From contig OZ320319.1 of assembly GCA_976226885.1 (NCBI GenBank), positions 56,296,001 through 56,360,000 of the forward strand: a DNA stretch of 64,000 bases. The letters run 5' to 3'. The first letter of the stretch is position 1. Each line of letters opens with the position of its first letter. This stretch comes from Iphione sp. A-MEVVRFRX5 (Eukaryota). Under the pieces are notes generated by a model, which made no database searches, was not told where the DNA came from, and worked only from the letters and a program-made list of their open reading frames with translations. Below are positions 23,087 to 31,931 of the stretch, piece after piece. The position numbers and the translations under genes were made by a program.

Positions 23087-25773
23087 TCAGAGTCGAGCAT
23101 TCAAGTTACGTGGTGCTCTATCTAGGTGAAGAACAGTGACGTCATCAATATGGCAGTTGGAGTTAAAATGTGCAGCAACTGGCTTAACTTCTTGCATGTT
23201 TCTGATGTCAATGAGGTGTTGCAACAGGTGTTGGTGAAGGGAATTGCTAGTTTGACCAACATACTTTTTTGCGCAACAGTTGCAGACGATGCAGTAGATC
23301 AAGTTGGTCGTGCGACACGTTGCTGAGCCGACTGTCTTGAGTTTGCGTGTGTTGGCTTGGTTCCAAATCAAACTTGTCTCTACGATACGTGGGCAAGTGG
23401 AACATCTCGGTTGTTGACATCTGTGCGTGCCTTTCAACGACTCGGTTTTTGGATAACGTGAGTTTGTGAGCAGATCTCATAGGTTTTTAACTCGGCGGTA
23501 TGCCACAATGATTCTATTTTGCAGGAAACTGGCGTTCCCCATCGACTGTTCCAGGATGGTGTATGCTGACTTCATTGTCAATTGGGTCTCTTTCAGACTC
23601 GGTTTGTGGTAGCTTTTGATGTATGGGATTTTCGCCAGTTGCTCAGGTGAGTGTTGTTGGAGCAGTGTTGTACTATCAAGGTGGCGGACTTAACGATAGG
23701 TCTGTAGGAGTAGGTTTGACAGTGCGACATCATTGTTTTGGCAGATGTGTCTAAATTTGACATTTCTGTACAGATAGTGCGGATCCGTATTAGTTGGCTG
23801 TACGGGATGCTTGTCTTTTGATGACTTGGGTGGTAGCTTGTGAAGTGTAGGTACTGATGTGCATCAGTGGGTTTCGTGTAGAGTTTTGTGGCGAGCTTGT
23901 TGCCAATTTTGTAGACAGTCGTGTCAAGGAAGTTTATTTCTTGGGCACTGGATTCATGAGTGAATTTGATGGTTGGATGTACTGTGTTGATAAAGCGGAT
24001 GAAGTGGTCCAGGGTGCTTGGGGGTCCTGGGTGGATCATAAACACATCGTCAATGTACCGCATCCATATCAGTGGTTTACTGGTGGCTGTTCTGAGGATA
24101 TTCTCTTCGATCATGGCCATGAACATGTTGGCATATGTGGGGGCCATGCGTGTCCCCATTGCTGTCCCATGTGTCTGGTGGAAATATCTGCTGTCGAATT
24201 GAAACGCGTTACATCTGAGGATGTCGTACATCATGCGGATGACTACCCATGTGTGTGGGTCCTCCTCTGGTCTCTGTAGTAGGGCCTCTCTGGCAGCCAT
24301 CAGGCCGTTCTTATGGGGTATGTTGGTGTATAACGAGCTGACGTCCACTGTCACAAGTATGTCTGAAGGTTTGACGTTGACCTCTGAGATGCATTGGATG
24401 AAGTGAGTGGTGTCCTTGACGTAGCTGGGTAGAGACTTTACATGGGGTATGAGGAGGCGGTCTACATAGGCGGATATTTGTTCTGTTGGGCAGCCACATG
24501 CCGATACGATCAGTCGTCCCGGAGTGTTGTCCTTATGGATCTTTGGTAGAAAGTAGATGTTCGGTGTGTTGGGGTTCTTCAGGAGTAGGGCATCCTTGGA
24601 CTCAGGTGGAAGGAAACCTTGAGCAACAGTCTGTAATGAAGGTCTTTATCTTGTTCTGGTAGTCAGGGGTTGGGTTGGATTGTAGTTCCTCATAGTGATC
24701 ACGGTTGAGAAGTTGGTGGTATGCTTCTGATTTGTAAGATGCTATATCTTGTACGACAATCGCACCTCCCTTGTCTGCTGGTTTGATGATGATGTTATGG
24801 TTGTCCCATAGTGATTTGATGGCTTGAATTTCACTGGGTGACAGATTCGGTCATGGTTTTCTTAGATGGCATTTCACGGTCGATCTTTCTATTGTGGTTA
24901 AGTAGCAGTCCAGGTGTTGGTCTTTGCCGGGTCTCGGGGTCCAGCCGGATGAAGGTTTTAGGATGCTGAGTGGAGAGTAGCTGGGGGGCTTGTCGTTGTC
25001 TTGGAAAAGATGTTTCAGTCTTATGCGTCGAGCAAACATGTAATAGTCCTGTAGTTCATGTGCTGGGTGGGGGGTGTGGATTGCGGGGACGAATTTGAGG
25101 CCATGTTCTAGTAGTTGTTCTTCAGCTTCAGTGAGGGTATATTGAGAGAGGTTGACTATGAGCAATTTCCGGTCAGTGGGCGTTGGTTGTTGGATTCTTG
25201 TGAACCTTCTTGCTGTTTTGCGCGCTTGTTGTTGAGTTCCAGGACCACAGCCTCCTCAAATTTTGTGAGCAGGTCGTTGAGTGTGTCTTGGTCCGTTGCA
25301 TCTAGGGCTGTCAGATGTTGTTGAAGTAGTTGGTCGTGTTCGTGGGTGAGTGCTGTCCATCTTGAGTGCCAGTAGTGATGTAGTATTTGTGTCAGTTCAC
25401 GAGCAAGATCTGCCGGTGCTGTTTCCCACTTCAGTTGGAACTCAATTGAGATGTCTGGTATCTGTGCTGACAATGTTGGTTGGAGTCCTCGCGGTGTGGT
25501 GTTGTTGTCTAGGTGATTGCAGAGGAAGTCACAGTGATGCTTGGCTGTAATTAGACCTTGCTTCAGCTTCTTTAGGATCTTGAAGGTGATTTGCATGTCC
25601 CTCCTAAGTGGGTGGTTGATGGTGGTTGGTTCATCGTTGTTGGAAGGAGTGACATTGGTCGGGGTTGTTGACTGCGAGCTAGGTCTTGAGCTTGTGCTTG
25701 GTGCTAGCATTTGATCGTTGTTGGGTTGTTTGTGGCCGTTGGTAGGTGGTCATTTCGGTTGTTGTTGATTCAT
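23087..25773 (-). pseudogene. PLE-C pol: N-terminal domain + RT + GIY-YIG (disrupted)
   Basis: HHCDFL...TPRGLQ, IVNLSQYTLT...GLKFVP, KPADKGG, YFLPKIHK...GRLIVS, DVSSLYTNIPH, GTAMGTRMAP, WMRYIDD, IYCIVCNCCAKKYVGQT. At least 3 frameshifts and 2-3 in-frame TGA stops (probable CGA>TGA). Confidence 0.92.
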
Positions 25774-25956
25774 TGCCTCTGGGGTGCCCTCTGGGGTGGC
25801 TCACGCCTTTGTGTCGGTGGATCGTAGGATGCAACAGGTCGTTGAAAACACGGATGTGTGGTTGAGTTGGTTGGTGACTCTGATAACACTGACGGTGGTT
25901 GGGCGTTGATGGAAATTGGGATCCGTTGGGATACTCTCAGTCAGATGGAAGTATAG

Positions 25957-26413
25957 AACTAGTTGAAAAGATGACTGACACCAAATTCCAACAACAGGGT
26001 GACTTTAATCAACTTTTAACCATGTACAACTTGTGCGAGCTTTCGGCCCTCTTACGGGCCTTTGTCAGGCAGTTGTGGTTGGATACCGTTGGAGAGACCT
26101 CCTTTTATACCCTTTGGTTACTAAGCGCAATGTGTATAGTGATGGAATGTCTCATAGCCAATCAGAATAAAGTTGTTGAAAAATGTTCTTGGATACTTAA
26201 AAGTCTTTGAAGTTCTTGGATACATATGGTATGTCAGCAACATTAAAATGTTCTTTAATAAGAAAATCGATTGAAACGTGCTAATGATTAAAGGTTAACA
26301 AGAAAAAGCATAAATATCAGCTAATAAAATGTTCTTGGATCACAGGTGAGTAGTATCACAGCGGTATATGCCAAGAAAAGCGAGAAAAAGTCCCGGATAA
26401 TTAGTCAGTTCAA
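25957..26413 (-). repeat. PLE-C 5' pseudo-LTR with CCAAT box, TATA box and hammerhead
   Basis: agccaatcag at 26156-26165 and minus-strand TATAAAAG at 26102-26109; direct repeat of 21274-21730. Confidence 0.93.
26026..26076 (-). ncRNA. Hammerhead ribozyme copy in PLE-C 5' repeat, core G8 mutated (CTGACAA)
   Basis: Identical to 21343-21393 except plus-strand tttgtcag versus ttcgtcag. Confidence 0.8.
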
Positions 26414-28241
26414 AACAGAGAGAATTTCCACCCTAGTGGACATACTCCTGAGACCGCTAGTCCTGGACATCAGATCCTACCTGAAGGATACAACTGACTT
26501 TCTTAGTAAGATAGACCATTTAGGGACCCTACCTAAAGATTCAATCCTATGCACACTGGATGTCTCATCACTCTACACCAACATCCCACACAAGGGAGGG
26601 ATAGCAGCCATCAAAAGACAGTAAGATGAGCACGTGGACAGGGACGAAACACAGATCACTGCCGACAGCATCTGCCATCTGTTGAGCATGGTGCTGACTA
26701 TGAACAATTTCAGGTTCAAGGGTGAACACTACTTCCAAGTGTCAGGGACCACAATGGGCACACGCATAGTGCTGACATACACTAACCTGTTCATGTCAGA
26801 CTTTGAGGAGACAAATGTATGCCGTACCATTTACAACCAATGGTGTGGTACAGGTATATAGATGACGTATTTGCCAAGTGGAAACCCAGGAATGCCGAAC
26901 ATACGACGTTCCATGAACACCTGAACAACTGTCACCCCAACATCAAGTTCACCCTAGAAGAATTGCCCACAGAAGTGAATTTCCGAGACATGCACTACCG
27001 TCCAACTGACACCAGGCAACAGAGTGATCACACGGGTATACCACAAACCAACAGATGGCTTCAATTACCTCCATTACACCTCAAATCACCTGCACCATTA
27101 CAAGAGAGGGACCTGTATGTCCAAATCTTATGGATATATGCACCACTGAGGAGGACTATATGTCATCAGCCGTAAAACTAGGGAAGGTTTTCGTCAAGAA
27201 AGGCTACCCCCTGGACCTCATCTTAGAAGCCTACACAGGCAGTGAAGAAGGACTGCAATGATTTACTGTGTGCATTGAACTGCAAGAGGGATGGGCAATC
27301 ACTGTCAATACTGGTCACCACATTCCACCCTGCTTTTGATGGCCTCAAAAGGAGTGTGGGACCTCCTCGGCAGATCCTGCGCCATGAGAAAAACACATTC
27401 CAAAGGCTTCAAGTGCAGCCTATGAAGGCCAACAAACCTTTGGGACCTGCTGGTATGTGCAAAACTACCAGAGTTATCACCCAGTCTGGTGAAACAGTGC
27501 ACCGCAAAGAAGTGCACAACCATGTCATGCTGATACTGCCTGAAACTCAACAAATCGGGCAGGATCACAAGCACTCACAGCAGCAGGAGTTATGTCACAA
27601 AGACAAATGTCAGCTGTAAGAGCTCCAATGTGATCTATTGCATGTCATGTACCAGATGTGGCAAGCAATATGTGGGCCAAACCAAAAACAGACTGATGGA
27701 CAGATTCCAGGGGCATTTGGCAATATCAAATGAGGTGCCACTGGGTCTATTATCAGCGAACACTTCAAAAGTGAAATCCACATAGTGGACTTCATACATG
27801 CAGATCCAGAAAGCGTGCATGCGAAACAGCTGTGTGATCTAATTGAACACAATTGGATATACCACTTGTACACTGTGGCACCCATAGGACTAAATGTTAT
27901 GGATGCCACATACAACTAGAGTGTCAAATTCAACCAGGGACCCCACCAGACCTAGCCACGTACCTAAGAATTGATCACTTACCTCTGATGGAAGGCCCCT
28001 GATGGACTAAAGAGGCACTCCAGGGAGTAACAGCTGTAACAGTGTGGGCCAACTGAACATAAAAGAAACCCCCCACTGTTGTTTCAGTCCTCCAGGACTG
28101 CCGTACCCAGACCTCAGTCCCAACCAGGTTGGGCTCTATCCCATAGCACCTACAGTATGCTGCACATTGCCATTATGTAGCAATACCTCCAACCTGCCAA
28201 GATCACCATGCCCAGCTGTCAAACCAAATATGTAAATATTA

Positions 28242-28290
28242 ATGGTGCCTGATGAGACTACATTGTCGAAACCATAAACACTTGTCTTGA
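28242..28290 (+). ncRNA. Hammerhead ribozyme motif in PLE-B 3' tail
   Basis: CTGATGA (28249-28255), GAC-TACATT-GTC, GAAAC (28268-28272), and a GTC at 28284-28286; stems I and III are degenerate. Confidence 0.6.
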
Positions 28291-28519
28291 TACACATATC
28301 AAAACAAATAATTGTCAACCTTAAACAAAATCCATTTTTGTTTTTCAATGACGTCACAATAGGCATGGAACAGTTACCAAAATGATTCATGCTGCTGCTT
28401 CTCCTCTCCCTGACAACTGGATTCCATTTAACTGTCATCAGCTTGAATGACACTATTCAGACACAGTAGCACCAATGCAATACACGTTAGCCATGTCACG
28501 AACATAGAGATATGGAAGA

Positions 28520-28880
28520 TGGAGCTGCCTGATCATTTGACTGTGACTAACCATTCTGGGACCTTGGTCCCTTTATGCAATCTGATGACAACTTGAAACA
28601 ACTTGTGGATACACTTAAAGTTTTAAAGGACTGTACTGATGACAGGAATTAGGGTCCTGCACCTAGTTGGTTGACTATTGTAGTAGTAGTGATAGGAGTC
28701 CTACTCATTGTTTTAACCTATGTGTGTTGCATTTGTAAGAAGGGATGGTATTGTAAATCATCCATTCCCATGGCTACTGTAAATTTACCAATGATCTTAC
28801 CAAGTATGTGGGGAGGAACCCCACCAGAGCATGCTAGAGCATGGGGAGTTTCTTCACCAATCTTAATACTTCCTAGATAA
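28520..28880 (+). pseudogene. env: Gypsy-A env part 3: membrane-proximal helix, transmembrane domain and cytoplasmic tail
   Basis: ELEIWK|MELPDHLTV joins across the PLE-B TSD, followed by NLKQLVDTLKVL and the TM segment WLTIVVVVIGVLLIVLTYVCCICKK. Confidence 0.8.
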
Positions 28881-29029
28881 ACCCTGGGGGTAAGAGTGGA
28901 CAAGAAGGGAAGTAAAATTGAAGTAATTGACCCTGTGGAAATTTTGGAGAATGTTGAAAATGTTAGGTCAACCCGGTTACAACCTAATCTCAATGCCATA
29001 TTGCACATGGCTTTGGGACGTGAATTTTT

Positions 29030-29330
29030 AAAGACTGGTGGCAGGAGAGTAAAGAATTCTTGCTCTAGTCTTGGAAGCATGCTTTGTTTTGTTTTTACTG
29101 TATAATTTTATGCTTATTGGAAACATTGCTGTGATTATGCTGAGTATATCTGCAGATAGTATATTTTGTATAGTTTGTACACAGCTAGATAAGTTAAGTG
29201 TATATGCTATATCACTTACTTAGCCTGTTGTGGCGAATGATTTTCAATTGCCGTCCTGATGTACATATCATGGTTTGTCCTGCTATCTGTTGTTTTATGT
29301 TACTGTAAATTAGTGCTCTTGCGGAGGCAT
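29030..29330 (+). mobile_element. Gypsy-A putative PPT and start of 3' LTR
   Basis: Purine tract GGCAGGAGAG (29040-29049) is followed by an AT-rich U3-like stretch. No partner LTR in the window. Confidence 0.35.
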
Positions 29331-30872
29331 GTGTCCTCAAGCTGATTGGTGTGTGGAAAGGATTTAGGAGCATCTTTCTGTGGAAGGGTTATGCCCTCTT
29401 GTGTAACCTTTCTGCAAAAATGGTCTGCCAACCACCAAAAGAGCCAGAGACCCAAGAAGAAGTAAAGGTCAGTGCATCTTCTGATCTTCTTCCTGTTTTA
29501 CCCATTGCCAACATTGTTGTGGACCTAGGCCCCTTTGGAGCTGGGAGAGTGGTGGCCAGGGTAGACTGCTGGGACAGGTTTATGAGTAACACGTTTGTCA
29601 AGTCGCTCACCAAAAGGAGTCACCTTGGACCTATTAGGTTTCCCAGAGCAAGACCACACCCTCTCCATACTGGAGTTGCATAAGGACTACGGCACCTTCC
29701 ACAGGCTAGTGTCAGGCCTATGGAGGAGGGGGTGGTGGAGAAAGTAACCACATCAGACAGGTCATTGGTATCCACCATTTTCCTGAGGCCAAAGAAGGCC
29801 GGCTCCCGCAGGGTGATCCTGAGCCTTAAGAAATTCAATCAGTGGGTCCCACACAGACATTTTAAGATAGACAACCTGGAGTCATTTCTCTCTCTCATAG
29901 GGAGGGACTTTTATTTCATGTCAGTCGACATAGTCCATGCATATTTCTCATGGTCCGTGACAGAGACAGGGATTTCTTCCAGTTCACACTGGGGGTACAA
30001 AGGTACCACTTCACCTGCTTACCTAATAGACTGGCATCTGCACTGCAGATGTTCACCCAGATGATGCAGGCAGTGTTGGAACATGTCTGCCAGGTGACAG
30101 ATGCCATCATCTCAGCCAACCTGGATGACATCATCATCTGTCACAGGGAGGGGCCCAAGGCACCAGGGTCCTGGTGGACATGCTGCAGGACCTAGGCTTC
30201 CTGATACACCTGGAAAAATAGGTCCTGTAACCAGTCTAATGCATCAAACATCTGGAGTTCATGGTTAACTCATGGTCACTCATGGTCTGGCTCCCACAGG
30301 GCAAGGTGGCAGGTATCAAGCAGGTTTACAGGGACTTCCTGAACAAGGAATCCCCCTCAGTCAGGCAGCTGACCTGCCTGGCTGGCAAACTGCAGGCCAC
30401 CCTTCACACAGTACCCCTGGCCCACCTGTATACCATGAACATTGTCATCAACAAGAACATGGGCCTAGTGCTGCTGGCGAGGACTCTGAGGCAAAGGTCA
30501 CTTTGTAAGAGAGGTCCAGGAGAGACCTGTAGTGGTGGAAACATCATGTGGGCAGAGGTACCAGGGCTATCAAGGACCCCCTCAGTCCAGGTGGACATCT
30601 ATACAGATGCATCCAAGATGGGCTGGGGGATGTATGTGGAAAACACCAGGTGGTCCTACAGCAAGGTCTGGACCAGGCCCAATGCCACACCAATGAACTG
30701 GAACTCTGGGTGGTCAAGTCAGTGCTAATGAAGGTGGAATTCCTCTGCATGGGGAAAATGTCTGGATCCACAAGGACAGCATGACCACACTGCTAATGAT
30801 CAGGGATAAGGGTCAGTCACCACCCTGCAATGACCTGTCTAGAGAGATCCTAACCTTCTTTGAGGGAAGAGG

Positions 30873-31135
30873 AGGAGTCGCTCATAGTAAATGCTCTAAT
30901 ATCGACGCATAACATGTACTGTGACATGCTGGCCCTACCACAGGGCCTACATCCACCGCGGCTCGATCTCCTGGTCAGTGTTTATGACAACAACACGGCT
31001 ACGGCGAGAGTGGAGCTGCTACGTGACTGCGGCATTCATGTGGTGCCAGGCGTGATCAAGTGTTGGACGGATACCCTGGTGACCTTTCTACGTAACTATG
31101 CAGTGTTTGTGAAAGCTACAAAGCATCTGAAGTAG
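30873..31135 (+). pseudogene. LINE ORF1 C-terminal remnant (possibly SGNH esterase block V)
   Basis: An open frame from the 5' junction to the stop includes LLRDCGIHVVPG...W, loosely like the DGxH motif of CR1/L2 ORF1 esterases. Confidence 0.3.
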
Positions 31136-31436
31136 GACTATGCTTGATCACGGAAAAATGGGTATATTACTACAGTCAAAGCGACTGCATCTCAGCAGTG
31201 CTTAAAGTTTTAGTATGAGTTGTGATTTTCCGATCAGTAAGACTGTGACTGTCACCACATGCCATAGATACATTCACAACCAACGTTAACGTTAACCATT
31301 TGATAACTCGCTGATTGGTAAACCTATGAACGTTTTCTTTTTCTTCTCTTTTTCCTGATCAGTTATGCAGAGTTAAAAATCTTTTCTTCTTCATAGGAGT
31401 AATTTTTGTTTTTCTGCCTACAATGAGGTTTTTGAT

Positions 31437-31675
31437 GATGACTGGACATGTAACTATGAAACTAACATTACTGTTTCAGGCTCTAATCAGCCGGGTTGAT
31501 ATGTACATTTTGTCTCGTCTCAAAGATAACATAGCATTGTGACTCATCTTGGTCTACAATGATGACTGGACATCTACCTTTGTAACTAAGATTACTGTTT
31601 TCGGGCTCTTATCAGCTAGGTATATATGAACATCTTATCTCGTCTTAAAGAAAACATAGCATTGTGACTCTTCTT
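31437..31675. repeat. Two-copy ~124-bp diverged tandem repeat in the LINE inter-ORF spacer
   Basis: GATGACTGGACAT...AACATAGCATTGTGACTC at 31437 and 31561. Confidence 0.85.
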
Positions 31676-31931
31676 GAGTAGAGGCTTTCTAACAAATAAA
31701 GGACGGTTTTTTAGAACGCTTGTGCTAATGTGATACTTCCCCATCTTGTTGTAAAGCGTTATGTAAAAGTGGACCCTGGAGCTTCAATCTTATGAAGTGC
31801 AGGTTCTATAGGTTTTTCGTTATACGAAGTTGTGTCTATCGTCGATCTGATTTCATAAGTGTTCGGTTCAGAGTGATCAGTCTCAAGTACAAGTAAATAA
31901 CCCGACTGTGTATTGAACTGCATTTGGGACT

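Larger units (their letters stand above)
21274..26413 (-). mobile_element. PLE-C: 5.14-kb Penelope-like element bounded by direct repeats, carrying an extra zinc-finger ORF; 7-bp TSD
   Basis: TSD AACAGAG at 21267-21273 and 26414-26420. Minus-strand order: repeat, N-terminal domain, RT, GIY-YIG, ZnF ORF, repeat. Confidence 0.93.
20885..28504 (+). mobile_element. PLE-B: decayed 5'-truncated Penelope-like element (20885-21273 and 26421-28504), split by PLE-C; 15-bp TSD
   Basis: TSD TAGAGATATGGAAGA at 20870-20884 and 28505-28519. The RT reads VILNRDDY...LLPKIHK...ANNCSTE | RISTLVD...SYLKDTTDFL...DVSSLYTNIPH, followed by GIY-YIG remnants near 27.6-27.9 kb. Confidence 0.9.

Noticed and set aside
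25150-25270. Programmed -1 frameshift between the PLE-C N-domain and RT
   Set aside because: The frames overlap, but there is no canonical X XXY YYZ slippery site and other indels are present, so mutation is the simpler explanation.
21288-26210. Near-identical plus-strand ORFs 21288-21527 and 25899-26210
   Set aside because: These are antisense readings of the two PLE-C repeats, not a duplicated gene.
27980-28015. Additional hammerhead-like motif in the PLE-B tail
   Set aside because: CTGATGGA...AAAG lacks an intact core and stems.
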